64,000 bases of DNA from Sarea resinae. Taxonomy: Eukaryota. A model generated the notes under the pieces. It worked only from the letters and a program-made list of their open reading frames with translations, was not told the origin of the DNA and searched no databases. Positions 24,813 to 37,423 of the stretch are shown piece by piece; position 1 is the stretch's first letter, and each line of letters opens with the position of its first letter. The DNA lies in NCBI GenBank assembly GCA_026026165.1, contig JAPEUD010000004.1:434001-498000 (forward strand), in the 5' to 3' direction. Both the position numbers and the translations under genes were made by a program.

Positions 24813-27644
24813 ATGGCGCCAGCACAACCTCTAAAGCGGAAGCACCCTTCCAATTCCAGTGGCCCATCAGCCGGGACAACTAACCAGACAGGTCGTGCGC
24901 GAAAACGCGCCAAAACTCAAGATGCACGCGCGATTGCCGTCCAGACGACCGACAGAGCCTTTTCAAAGGGTGAACTGGACGTCGATAAATTTGTCAAGGC
25001 TAGAGAGTTTGAGATTCGCGCACTTGAACGGGGCATGAGCAGGGCGAAAGGCGCTTTGACGACTAGAGCATTTCAGAGCGTTCCGAGAGACTTGCGAAGG
25101 AGAACCGCTAGTCACAATGTCAAGAGAGTGCCTAAGAAATTGCGGGAGCGAGCTGCAAGAGAGGTCCGTTCTTTGCGTTCGCTGAGACCTGGATGGGAAG
25201 CAGAAAATTGCTAACGGATATGTGAGAGCAAGATGGCAGAAGACAATACGCCCACGGTGACTGCGAGACGGCGAAAGCCAAATTCACATATGCGGATACG
25301 ACTAGAGACTGCCAAACGATTACAAAAGCTAGGAGCGAAAGCGAAGGCGAAGAGGCAGGATGCGAACGGCGAGAAGGACACGAAGCTCGCCGACGAGACC
25401 ACGGCTGGCATAAATCGACGAGAGCCGAGATTGAAGAAGAATGTTCTCAACGCCCCTCCAAAAGCAAACTCGAAATTCCGCAAGCGGCAAGTTCACAAGA
25501 CATGGCTGCCAACTCATATGTGGCATGGGAAGCGGGCACACCTGACCCCACCAAAGGAGCCGTTATGGAGATTTGCTGTGCCATTGACGCCGACGGCGAA
25601 GAGTTACAGGCCAATGCACAGAGCCTCTGGGGCTAGGGGGGCAGTAGCATGGGACACAAGTTACATGTCTACGGTTGGGCTGGAGGGCCCCGAGGCCAGC
25701 ATTCTAGGGTTGCTGAAAGCCCTGGGGGTAGGTCAAGACGAGGTTGATCAAAATATATTGGGAAAGGCTGGAAGAAAGTGGAGAGAGGGCAAGCGTGCAT
25801 GGGCAGGATGGATATATGAAAGAAACGGTTGGCCAGCTTTGGCCATTGCACCGGCAACCGTAGTCTTCTGTGCAAAAGAGCAAGATGCAGCAGCTGGTAA
25901 AGAAGACGTCGCTATTAGAAATGCCGGTGGCAAGGCACCGAAAGAAAGGAGAAAGGCTTTTATCAGAATACAGCCTTCGGCATTTCTTCAGCTTTGGGAC
26001 CAGCTTGTGAAAGTATCGAAAGTCCAGAAACCGCCCGTCGATATTCAAGATCTACGCTTTGAAATTGGTAGCATTGAGATCACCGGACCTGGTTCTACGG
26101 AAGCTTTGCTTGGAGTTCTGAAGCCTTCGAAGGGTCACGGCACAACAGCGCCAGTAAGAGAGTCTCCCGAGGACGTGTGGCTCGCTCTCAATGGGCTTAC
26201 CAATCCCAGCTCCCTTCCTCGGAACGCCCTTCTGGCCTTTGGCATATCCGACCCTCGCCTCCGAAACCCACCTCAGACCGTTCCCGCGCCAGCATCTCCA
26301 AGAAGTGTTGATGATCTTTTACATATACTTTCGGACTGGACTCCTGACTTGACGCAGTCCGCCTCGGAAATCTTTGACCGCTCTTCGCGTCTCAAAGCTT
26401 GTCATCTACTTCCCAGCCAGAAAGCTATCAATCGGCGAAAAGGACAAAGCCTCCCCGGTGCATATCCCGAGCCACTCTCTACTGACCCGAAAATACCAAT
26501 TATGCTCCTTGCCGAACGTACGTCTGGTTCCGGCCAGGGAACATGGAAACTTCTCCTACCTTGGAAGTGTGTCCTGCCGGTGTGGTACTCGTTGATGTAC
26601 TATCCGTTGTCTTCGGGCGGAAACCCCAAGTTTGGCGGGCTGCAAGAACAACGACAGATAGCTTTCGAGAACGATGTCCCTTGGTTTCCGGGCGACTTTC
26701 CCGGTACCAAATCCGGCTGGGAATGGGAGCTTCGGGAGCGAGCCAAAAGGAAGGAAGAGTGGGATAAGAAACCAAAGGGTAAAAGAGTAGAGTGGGACAG
26801 TCTTGACCTGGGAAAGGGCAGGAAGGGTGAGATCGGTATCGGATGGGCTTGCGACTGGGAGAGACTGATACGAGGACGTCCACGCGTCGAAGGCGACGAC
26901 TCAGACCTGACGTTACGTCTTCCAGATGCCACAACAATAGTGGCTGAAAAGCCGGACCCCCCCAACATGGCGCCTCAAGACGCGATTTCTCCTCTCAATC
27001 TAGCCCACCTCCCCTCATCCCTAGCCTCACAAGTCCTGGCGCGCAAACTCGCACATCTTCCCTCGGAGCTCCAGTCTCTAGATTTCAAAACCACCCTCAT
27101 CTCAGTCAAGCTTACGCTTCTCGCGCGAGGAACGCCCATCCAATGCGCCCGCATCTATCGTCTGCCCACCCGCGACCCCGACCTCCGGGGTACATGGCTT
27201 TCTCTCAATCCCCCAAGACAAGCGACCAATCGCCCTGGTCTCGCGCGGACCAAACAAGGCAAGAAGCCTCCCGTCCCTCGACCCAACCATCCCAGCAAAC
27301 CCCTCCCGCCCCATCTCAACCGCCAATACCTCGCCGCCTCCCTCCTCGCTCCCACCGCCTCACTCGACCCCCACCCTCGCAGCAGCGGCAACGAAACGGT
27401 GCCCCAGGCAGGCGACGCGGACTACCCTGCCATCCCGGACGAACGGGACCTCATTGGGTTCGTGACGACGGGGAACTTCAACCTCAGCCAGGGCCGCGGG
27501 ACCGGCATCGGAAGTCTCGTCCTGGGCCAGATCTTGGAGGCCCGCGAGCTCGGCAACCGCGGCGGCAGGGAGGAGAGGTTGTGTGTGGTGCGTGAGGCCG
27601 GCACGGCCGTGGGCAGGCTGGCCAGGTGGGAGCTTGTTGGCTGA
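24813..27644 (+). CDS. POP1: RNase P/MRP protein subunit Pop1
   Basis: FVKAREFEI...RAFQSVPRDLRRRTASHNVKRVP, WLPTHMWHGKRAH, WDTSY, PWFPGDFPGT, LIGFVTTGNFNLSQGRG. One intron at ~25164-25232. Confidence 0.95.
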
Positions 27645-27788
27645 AATTCTTTTTCTGTTGGAGGGAGAGAGGGGGGGAAGGTGGGCAATATGGTAAAGGG
27701 AGGGTCTTTGGCGATCAGGTTCATTCGGATGGGAAAACGCGGGCTTGTTCTGGTTGTGGGCTGCGACCTGTGGTCGACCAGGTAGGTT

Positions 27789-27880
27789 CTCGGCGAGCTA
27801 GTATTGATACCAATCCTTCAGTCCTGTCACCGCGCACGCAAGCATCACCTGTCTCGGCGATCTAGTATTGATGCCAATCC
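27789..27880. repeat. Short diverged direct repeat (~28-bp core, 64-bp period)
   Basis: ctcggcgagctagtattgataccaatcc (27789) and ctcggcgatctagtattgatgccaatcc (27853). Confidence 0.7.
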
Positions 27881-28551
27881 CAAATCCAAGACCGTCCACT
27901 CGGTCACTACCCCTCGAACCATCGCGCTCGCTCCAATAGGAGGGCACCTACACAATGCAGAGACTTCACTATTAGTAGTATATCGCCAGCTAGAGTAGAA
28001 CCTTACTTCTGCGAACAATGCCCATCCTAAGTTCGCAATGGCTCACCCGACTAGGAGTAACTACTACCTTAGGTACTGCCCCACCACCGCCATCCTGAGG
28101 TACCGGTTTGGTTAGAAAGCCTTTCAATGCTTCTACTATGTACGGAGCCTGCACAGGGTTCGAGATGGTTGATGCTGGATCTCTCTCGGTCTTCGAGGCC
28201 TGAAAAGCAAAAAACATGTGTGTTCAGAGGATGAGGTGGGACCAAGGATTTACGGGTGCGATTTGTGGATTATTGTATTTGGTTATGGCTAGCTAGTTGT
28301 GGTTCGGATATGGTATTCTTTTAAATCGCACGCATCTGAGACTCTGTTCTTTTGGGGGGGGGAGGGGGGTGCTTTTTTTGTAGACTGTCTGAGGTTAATT
28401 GTTCAAGGCATTATTGTCCGGCCTGCTGTATGTACTGACTACCTCATAGCGAGCTGGGCGTCGAAGATTCAGATACGTGGCCAGGCTATCGGCGACTGAT
28501 CGTCACTGCTATTGGGTAAAATTCCCAAAGCTCCTCTTCGTCGTTGTTATA

Positions 28552-30822
28552 TCACGAATGATCCAAATTCAGCGTCGGCAACTCCGCCATATGTAACTTG
28601 GAGGCGCCATACGGAGCCAAAGTCGCCTCGAACGCGGGCCCCGTACACACTCGCGACCCCTGAAGCGGTGGATTTGCCGGAACGCCTTGAAGATACCCCC
28701 AATCGATCTCACACGCTTGCACGGTAAGGTTCGTCGGCGGGCCGCCGGACGTGAAGATGGGGTTCGGTAACGGAGACGATGGGATTGATTGAGTGGTGGT
28801 AGAGTTGCTTGTTTGTACTGCGAGAGTGGAGGGGTCTATGGCAATTGCCCATGCTGTTGTGTTGGCGATTCGATGGTCGTGCACCTCGGGAGGCGCGTAG
28901 CCTGCTGGGAAGATCTGCTCGTATTTGTAGTCGCGAGCGGGCACCGTAGTGATGGCTTCTCCGACCGGGAGGGCGTAGAGCAAGGCGCCGTAATAGATGG
29001 CTATGGTGTCGTTTGCGCGAGACTCGGTGCGGATAGTCGGCGCGAGGGTGTAGGTGATCTTAGAAGTACCAGCGGCCAGGGTAATCTTGTTCAGACCTGT
29101 GAGGGAATCAGGTTGTAAAGCAACGGAAGCACGATTGGCAGTGGTCGGAGAGGTTATTGTAATGCTGGACGCCGATGCATCTGACCAGCTCGGGAGTCTA
29201 ACATAAAAGTCGAACGGTTGTGAGGCTTCTACGGTATAGAGCAACGTGCTGCCAAAGGGATAATGCGTATCACAGCTGACAGTGACATTCGTCCCCGAAC
29301 TCAACGTTGTTGATACGTTTGCGGGACTGAGGAGTGCGTGGGCGAGACCATTGCCATTGACTACAACAAACGACGCGGCAGTGAATTTTGGGTATCCTTG
29401 AGGGTGATTGACTGTGCAGCATGGATAATTCGGCTCAAGGCCAAAGGTTTGGCCGAGGGTGTTGACGTCGTAGAAAGGGTTTCCGGACAAGTTGCGAGAG
29501 TAGGGCTGATTTGGTTCTGCCATATATTGGTGAGACCACCAATCGGGAAACAGCATGACAGGCAGAGCATTGAATGCTGCAAGTTCACAGCGGTCGGCGA
29601 AAGAATTGTCACCCATGGCCCTGTAGAGGTAGCCCAAAGAGTAGATAACTTCGACCGCAGTACATAGCTCCGACCTGATAGACAGATCCAAGCTTTTGTC
29701 AGTTACGCCAGGATTCATAGCGGAATGCTTACCCTCGCATGGGGCTGAGACCGGACATGCGTTCATCGGCAAGAATCGTGCCTGAAGCAGCCCCATGATA
29801 CTGAAAAGTCCATTGGACTCCATCTCGAGTCTTTTGCAGATACGTCTCGTTGTGTGTATACCTTCGCATGACAGCGAGGGACTTCAGGCCTGACAGTGAA
29901 CATCAGCCTATGTTTCCTTGAAGATTTGTCGCGACTCGTCGCACCTAGGCCAGCGTTAACACCATGCTCAAAGCCAAATTGCTCATCGGTCGGGTTCGGC
30001 TGAACCAGGTCTAGATCACCGGTGAGAAAGCCGCCCGGGCTAAACCAAGCCGCCCAATCGTATCCCTTATTTTGAAGATATTCCATGTTCTGGATCAGAA
30101 TTTCGGAGTTGTTCTGTGGGTACTTGTCGTAGAGCCATTGCATGCTCAACATCATCTCTTGGGGCCGGGATCGAGCCCAAAAGGCATCAAAGACATCGCC
30201 TGGGTGGTTAACGTATCCAGTGTAGTTGTTAGCAAGCATAGAGTGCATCAGGAGCGAAAACCGATGCATAGCATCCACGATTTTTGATTCATAACTCGGT
30301 TCAGCCTCCGTATATTGCATCAAGCCCATGAAGGCGATGGTCCTCGCCCATATGAACCTCGTTTGCGGGGTCTTCTCCGGTCCGATCCAGCCATCATCCG
30401 CCTGATGTTCCAATATATAGTCCACCACTGATTTCACTTGCCCTTTCAAACGATCGTCGTCAGTGCCATATGCAAGCGGTACTAGCCCATTGAGCCAGTA
30501 TGGCAATGCTTCGTTGAGTGTGCTGTACTCGACGTCTCCGCCTAGCCAGGTGCTGTCAACAACGAATTTGTAGAAATCGTGTTCGTGGCCAGCCAGCCCA
30601 GCGGCCATCAATTCCATCTGGTCGCGAAGCCATCCTTGGGGTTTTATCGAGCCAAGTGGTAGAGGTTGAAGTACAAACGGCTCCACTAGGAAGAACCAGC
30701 TATCAGTCCATCGCCCCTTGAGACATGAAATCTGAGAGGTTTTTCATACGAGGTCCTGGAGAGCTCTGCCCACAGACCAACGTGCACGCGACCGCCGTCC
30801 CGATCACAGATGAGATCTTCAT
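28552..30822 (-). CDS. Secreted GH127/GH146-like beta-L-arabinofuranosidase (DUF1680)
   Basis: Signal peptide MKISSVIGTAVACTLVCG; PLPLGSIKPQGWL, YWLNGLVPLA, HGVN, SELCTAVE and EPNYPCCTVNHPQG (Glu-x-Cys and Cys-Cys Zn/nucleophile motifs of HypBA1), T-x-YPF, RLPSWS. Three introns. Confidence 0.88.
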
Positions 30823-31474
30823 TCTAGCCTGTTCCGAAAACCCATCTGGGAGTCTTGAAAGCTTGGCAGACAGAATTTCACGCAGCAGACATTCCACTAA
30901 TAAGGGCATCAGTGTTGCGACGAAGACTGCGGGGTCGAAGTAGCTTTCATGATTACTCGATCCGACCATTACAGCCTGAATTCAACACCAAGGATTAAAA
31001 GAACGGCAAGAGCAAGGGAAAATATGGCCTCGATAGACTCGTGGCCAGTGAGATGATAGCAAGTAACAAGACGAAGATAGTCACGCGCGACGAAGGTCAT
31101 CAGAGAGGAAAATTCAACAAGACTGGCTCAACAATGCCTCCTTCCATGATCTGAGCGCGTCGGCCGAGTAAGTGATGAGGATGCTTCGCAATGACGAAGT
31201 CAGGGTCCGAGCCGCACATTTCTTCGCTGCAAGGGTCATCTGTCATCTGAACAGCAAGGCGGGGAAGCTCAAAGGATAAAGACGGAACCATCAACAAGCA
31301 CGATGTATTGGTGAGCTGACGGCGATGACGGCGACGACGGAGCCTGGTCTTTGAATGGATTTATGAGACCTGGTGATATAGAAGTGTGGTTGACGAATGA
31401 TAGACCCTGCACAACGTTCGAACACACCTGCCTACACAGCGGATGAATGAATCAATACGAAGAGGGCGGGTGTG

Positions 31475-31551
31475 GCGGGGGTGGCGGGGTGATGCATGGG
31501 TGGAGGATGGAGGGCGGAAGGCGGAGCGGGGTGCCTCCTTGATCCCTGGAG
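31475..31551 (+). promoter_or_regulatory. Cluster of six SYGGRG (CreA/Cre1-type) sites in the GH127/DUF5695 divergent promoter
   Basis: GCGGGG 31475, GCGGGG 31484, GTGGAG 31500, GCGGAG 31521, GCGGGG 31526, CTGGAG 31546; further GCGGGG at 30929 and 31259. Confidence 0.45.
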
Positions 31552-31825
31552 ATGCGGACTAGGTACCTGGAACGAATACGATCTTCACGAGACAGATACG
31601 GCCAAACATCAATCCCTCCTATTACGTAGTATGAACCTGACATGAGTGCCCAGGCGAGTGTCTGCACCCTCGAGGACGCGATGGCACTGCTTTCTCTTGT
31701 TTGGCTCTATATGGAGCCCGAAAGGTCACTTTCAGGTCGAGACTTCATCCGGTTGGGCATGGGAAAACGTAGATTTTCATCTCTATTCACATTCTGCGCT
31801 CCTTTTCTCTAATCTGAATATCCGA

Positions 31826-34695
31826 ATGATGGAGATCCGCCAATGGATCATATGGGTCCGGTGGGTGGTGGTGGCAGCACTCCTAGTGGAGGTCCGGGGC
31901 GACACGTTGGGATTAGCTGACGGCTACATCTCTCTGAGAACAGACAGCTTCGACCTCAAGCTGGTCAAAGACTCGCAGACTCTGGCATCTTTGACTACCA
32001 AAGGTAATGATTTCGATTTCTGCCCGTTTGATTACCTTCCCTTCCGAGCGGACAACTTTATGTATCATGTCGGCGACGTAACTTTTCGCTATCGTCTGGC
32101 CAGCGATGTGTCATGGACTGACGGAGACTCGTCGGCGAATCGTGAACGTGTCACCGATCTCAAAAACTCGTCCTCAAGTGCACTCGCATCATCAGACCTT
32201 GGCCCAACTCTCCCGGAAGACATCCCTTTCAGTTTGACGCGTCAGTGGACCGACGAGGACGGCGATCTAGGATTATCCTTCACATTCACCAATACGGCCG
32301 ACCAACCCGTGGAGATCGGTAGTCTGGGCTTCCCAATAGAGTTCAATAATATATTCACGAACCGCTCTGCCACAGATGTGCAGCAGAAATGCTCCCTCAC
32401 TGATCCGTACATCGGATTAAATGCAGGGTTTCTGCGGGTCACCCCTGTGAGTGGTCTAGGAGCAGCGTTGGTTGTGACCCCCTTGGGTAACACATCCTTT
32501 GAGGCCTGGAGATTTTTGGACGAGCGCACAGATACTGCGGTATCGTATCAGAGCCAGACTTACGAGGGCAATTACGAGTGGCAAGTGTTTAGCAAGGCAT
32601 GGGCTGAGAACGAGTGGAAAGGGGTGCAGCCGTGGAATGAAGCAACCTCAGAGACCCTGCAGCCCGGCGATGCTTTGACCGTTGGGCTGCGGTTCACGCT
32701 TTCTGCCAGCGGCATACGCAACATTGAATCCACGGTTGTGGGGACGGGTACCCCATTAGCCATTGGAATACCTGGCTATATTATTCCACGGAACATGGAT
32801 GCTACGCTGATACTGAATTCAACGTCTAACGTGTCGAGTATTTCCGCTCAGCCGGTAGGCGCTCTCGGTATTCAAAAAGCGTCTTCTCAAAGAATATATA
32901 CTCTTGTGCCGGCTGCGGATGCATGGGGTCGAGTTAGAGTGACGATCATTTACGCTGATGGTGCCCTGCAAACCGTACATTACTTCATCACCAAGCCTGG
33001 GCCAGACACGCTTGGAGATCTAGGCCATTTCCTGACCACATCCCAATGGTATAATGACAGTTCGGACCCATTTTCCAGGGCTCCGTCAGTCATTTCATAT
33101 GACCGATCTGTGAACAAGCTTGTCTTACAGGACCCTCGGGTCTGGATTGCCGGTTTGAGTGACGAGGCTGGAGCCGGATCCTGGCTTGCTGCGACAATGA
33201 AGCAAGCAGCCCACCCAAACTCTGAAGAGATTGCTTTACTTGAATCGTTTGTCAACTCAACTCTTTCCGGAACAATTCAAGTGTCCAGCGGTGATGATGT
33301 ATATGGTGTTCGAAAGAGCACCTTTTTCTATCAGCCAGATGCTGTCCCTGGATACGCGTACAAATCATCCATCGACTGGTCAGATTGGTGGAGCTGGAAT
33401 AGATCTGAGTCATATGCAACGAGTCGTGCGTACGATTACGTTCACATCACCGCAGCTTACTGGGCGCTGTATCGAGTTGGTAGAGCTTACCCGTCACTCG
33501 TCAAGCTGCATACCTGGCAATGGTATCTGAATCAGGCTTTCCAGACCGTTATGACCTGTATGGCAACTGACTCCAATGGGAGTGCGCTGGTTGACTACGC
33601 GAACGTTGGCTTGATGGGGGAGACTGTATTCGGCGAATTGCTGGCGGATCTGAAGCGCGAGTCAAGCTCTGCCAACGCCACAGCTCTTGAAGCGGCCATG
33701 AAGTCTCGTGCTACCAACTGGAATACCGAGGCGGATCCTTTTGGCAGTGAGCAGGCTTGGGACTCCACCGGACAGGAAGGCGTTTATCACTGGTCCTCGT
33801 AAGAACTCTATATTAGCACCAGACGCATTCGAGATGTTGATGACTGGCTCCGTTAGATACTTTGGCTTCTCCGAAACGGCTACCAAAGCCATTAACTCCA
33901 TCATTGGTTACATGCCTACAGTAGGACACTGGGGTTGGAATGGCAATGCTCGTCGATACTGGGATAACATGTATGACACTCTAGAATATCCCCTGTCGTG
34001 CTTGGCTGATCATCTTCCGCCCCTGCAGCTATGGCGGGAAACTGCAGCGGATTGAACGCCAAATCCACCACTACGGCTCCGGCTTGAACGCGTTACCTAT
34101 GCTATCTCAATTCAAGAAATCGCCCAATGATACCTATCTGCTGCGAGTTGGATATGGAGGCATGAATGGCCCTCTTACCAACATCGACGAGGACGGTTTT
34201 GCTGCTGCCTCGTTCCACTCGTGGCCCGACACTCTTGCATGGGATGCCTACAGTGGAGACTACGGCCCAAATCTCCTTGGCCTTGTCCTGGGCGCGGAAA
34301 CCTTCATTGTCCAAGACGGCAGCCTGGGCTATGTGGCTTACGGAGGCAACGTCGTTAGGCACGGCGATCATGTCATCGTGCACCCTCGTGACGCCGTGAG
34401 GCACAAAGTCTTCGTCGCCCCTCTTGGGCTCTCCATCTCCATTGATGCGGGCGCTATTGAGCAAGTCGACTTTGACGTCGTCGAGGAGATTGTGATTCTG
34501 ACACTCGCTCAAGCACCGATAGATGCAACGGCAAACATCGCGTCAGCGCCGGCGGCAGTAGTTTGGCTTGACATGCTCATACAAGAGTCGAGCAGTAACT
34601 TCAGCGTCACTACGTCAGGGATTGATGCCAGCAGAGGTGGATGGCAGGTCCCGCTTTCTAGTCAGCCAATTGATGTCACTATCGCTAGACGATAG
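31826..34695 (+). CDS. Secreted DUF5695-family putative glycoside hydrolase
   Basis: Signal peptide (WIIWVRWVVVAALLVEVRG); RVWIAGLSDEAGAGSWLA, RAYDYVH, GLMGETVF, FGSEQAWDSTGQEGVY, HWGWNGNARRYWD, IERQIHHYGSGLN, D-AYSGDYGP. Two introns at ~33799-33858 and ~33971-34029. Confidence 0.82.
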
Positions 34696-35118
34696 CAGAA
34701 GGTCGGAAGGCAAGTATTCATTTGAGATGCGCTCGGGCAGAAGCTTCTTATATATGCGCCAGGAATCGATCTTCAGCAGAATAACGACGTCTATTGGAGT
34801 AGAGTAACAGGTGTTGGTGCTTCGGACAAAGAAAGATACATGTATTGCGTCCATGCCACTATGACGATATGATGTAAACATTGCCCCACTACCAGGTACC
34901 TTCGATACGGACTCCCTAGTACGTTGAGTAGTCCCCGGCGGGGTGAGGTCACCCCGCGCTAAACCGCACACAAGCCCCGAAGCTCGAGAAGCTCCCGTCC
35001 CCATCCAGTCTACTACTATCACATAACAATATCTTTCCTACTCATCCAGCCAAATAACAACCATATCAATCATCTCTAGAGCTCACTCGAGTCTGCTGAA
35101 TTAAGCTAGAAGCTGAAA

Positions 35119-36045
35119 ATGACGGGTGCTGTGATCTTGCTCGCGAACGGAACCGAGGAGACCGAGTTCGTTGCTACTTATGATGGTATGCACTATTCCC
35201 TTTCGTATCCCCGTCTCTCTTGCATTTTTTTGTTTTCGACTTTCGGAATCCTTTTCTTCTACGTGCTGCTTGAGTTTGACTGCAGGTGAGAAACGAGCTA
35301 ATAGGGAGCTTGAACGATAAAGTCCTTGTCAGAGCAGGCATAGACGTCAAATCTGTGGGCGTTGGTCTGGAGAAAGATCATGCTATGTAGGTCTCTTCCT
35401 CTAGCTTCTCCGTCCGTCCCTTGACCGTCACCTCCAATCATCGCTCCTCTCCCAATTGATCTGCCGTATCATCCTCGCTAATTGCCCTCCAAAACAGCTG
35501 CACTCGCAACGTCCGCATAATCCCCGATATCCCCTCTCTCTCCACCCTCAAAACAACCCCCAAGATCCTGGTCCTACCTGGCGGTGCCCCGGGGGCAGCA
35601 ACATTCTGCAAAACACCCGAAGTACTGAGTCTAATTCAGAAGACGAAGGAAGCGGGCGGAGTGGTAGGGGCAATCTGCGCAGGGACGACCGCACTCGTGG
35701 AAGCAGCCTCCCAGGCATCGCCGCCCTGGAAAGTGCGCGTGACGTCTCATCCAAGCGTCAAGAGTCAGATCGTAGAGAAGGGCTGGTCGTACGCACCTGA
35801 TTCAGAAAGGGTGGTCGTTGACGGCAAATTGATCACGAGTCGTGGGTATGTTTTGTCTAATTATGTCGCTTTCACTTTCGCGCACGTGTGCCTTTGCTTG
35901 GACATGATTGCTGATATGGCGCCGTTGGGATCCCTGCAGGCCTGGTAGCGCGATCTTGTTTGCTTTGGCAATCGTGGAGACGGTGCTTGGAAAGGCGAAG
36001 AGGGAGGAGGTTCAAGGGCCTATGATGTGCTCCGAGTTGCCGTGA
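35119..36045 (+). CDS. DJ-1/PfpI family protein (glyoxalase III/deglycase-like)
   Basis: MTGAVILLANGTEETEF...|VLVRAGI...|CTRNVRIIPD...LVLPGGAPGA...AICAG...TSHP...VVVDGKLITSRG|PGSAILFALAIVE. Three introns. Confidence 0.9.
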
Positions 36046-36372
36046 ATATCGGTTCTTTTTGGCCCTTAATGGGGGGAGATTGGTGGAAGAGAACATTGTG
36101 CAAATCTTTTCCAAAAGATTACTATGAAAATATATGGGGTGTGTCTTGTAGGATATGGCGGTGGGAAGCAGAGTACGCTTTCAAGGTTACTCCAAGGACA
36201 GGAATTGCATCAGATGGACTGAGAGGCGGAAGTGAAACAAGCTGTTTCCAGGGTTGATGTTGCCAACAAACACAGTCATCGTAACATGCTCGTTGGTATA
36301 TGCAGCTGCAAATTATTTGGAAATCTATAGTGTTTTGTACATATTTATACCTACACTTGTCCGCCGCTCCAG

Positions 36373-36397
36373 CCATCAGCCATCAGCCATCAGCCAT
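36373..36397. repeat. (CCATCAG)n minisatellite
   Basis: ccatcagccatcagccatcagccat. Confidence 0.8.
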
Positions 36398-36478
36398 CTT
36401 TCCATCACTTCTACATCTCCTTTCGCTCCTCCGCTTCCCACCATTCTTTTCTACCTCCGCTTTCATTCCACACCTCCC

Positions 36479-37423
36479 TCAAAACCCCTCCGGAATTTCT
36501 CCGAGGCTCTTCGCGACCTTCTCATCCTTGGGCACAACAAACAAGCCCCTAGCCTCGACACAGACTTTCCCATCTAGCGTCTCCAATGTCGCGGGTGCCA
36601 CAGCCTTACGCTCCGTACTCCCCTCCTCCACCGGGCCGACCCTGAGGACATAGAAATTATTGGAAAAAGTCGGGGCGCGATAATTGAGCGACAGATTCGC
36701 GGTGACGCCGGTCCGACCCTTCAAGCCGCGCGTAGCCACCCTAGCCGTGCTCTCATCCATGACCGTCGCAATCACGCCCCCGTGCACGATGCCCGGCCAC
36801 CCTTCCACCCCGCCGCCGAACCAGATCACGCTGATGGCCTGGCCGGCCGCCGCGTTGAAGAAGACCTTCTGCAGCCCGATGCCGCGCGCGCCGGCCAGCG
36901 GGCCCGTGGTCAGCCGGTGCGCCCGCTCGGCGCCCGTCACGTAGTTGCTGTAGGCGTCCCATTCGCGCCATTCGGGGTCGTCGCGCAGCGACCGCACCAG
37001 GTGCAGCGTGCTGAGCGTGTGGGAGAGCTCGGCGAGCAGCAGGGCGTCGACTGGCGAGTGCGCGTGTGGTAGTGGTGGGGGCAGGATCGTGTAGCGCAGG
37101 GATTGGCCTAGGAGGAGGCCCGTGGCGAGGAAGAGGGTCGCGTAGATGTAGGGGCGGAGAGATTTCTTGGGTCGCGGGGGTGACGATGGGGGTGGAGAGG
37201 AGGATTCTGGGGGTGGTGGTGGAGGGTGCGGACTCGATTGTTGCTGGGGAACTGGTGGCGGCGGAGAAGAGTCGAGACTTGCGTGTCGCCGCTGTGGTAA
37301 TCGTGAGAGGGATGGAGAGCCGCAGTGGGGAAGGAGGCGGAGATGATGGGAGGAGATGGCGGTGGAGGTTGTGCACCGTGTGCTCCTTATACCCCGGAGG
37401 AGCAGCCGGTTTGCGCTCTGCAT
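36479..37423 (-). CDS. Mitochondrial hot-dog-fold thioesterase (PaaI/Fmp10-like)
   Basis: Arg/Ser-rich presequence, one TM segment, GWPGIVHGGVIATVMDE, TANLSLNYRAPT, EARGLFVVPK. Confidence 0.88.
   Translation of the reverse strand: MQSANRLLLRGIRSTRCTTSTAISSHHLRLLPHCGSPSLSRLPQRRHASLDSSPPPPVPQQQSSPHPPPPPPESSSPPPSSPPRPKKSLRPYIYATLFLATGLLLGQSLRYTILPPPLPHAHSPVDALLLAELSHTLSTLHLVRSLRDDPEWREWDAYSNYVTGAERAHRLTTGPLAGARGIGLQKVFFNAAAGQAISVIWFGGGVEGWPGIVHGGVIATVMDESTARVATRGLKGRTGVTANLSLNYRAPTFSNNFYVLRVGPVEEGSTERKAVAPATLETLDGKVCVEARGLFVVPKDEKVAKSLGEIPEGF

Noticed and set aside
27789..27880. Repeat-spacer-repeat pattern resembling CRISPR
   Set aside because: Only two diverged copies, eukaryotic context, no cas genes.
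36690..37150. High-GC stretch suggesting horizontal transfer (also in GNA1 and the POP1 3' end)
   Set aside because: Lies within ordinary conserved fungal genes; explained by GC3 codon bias.
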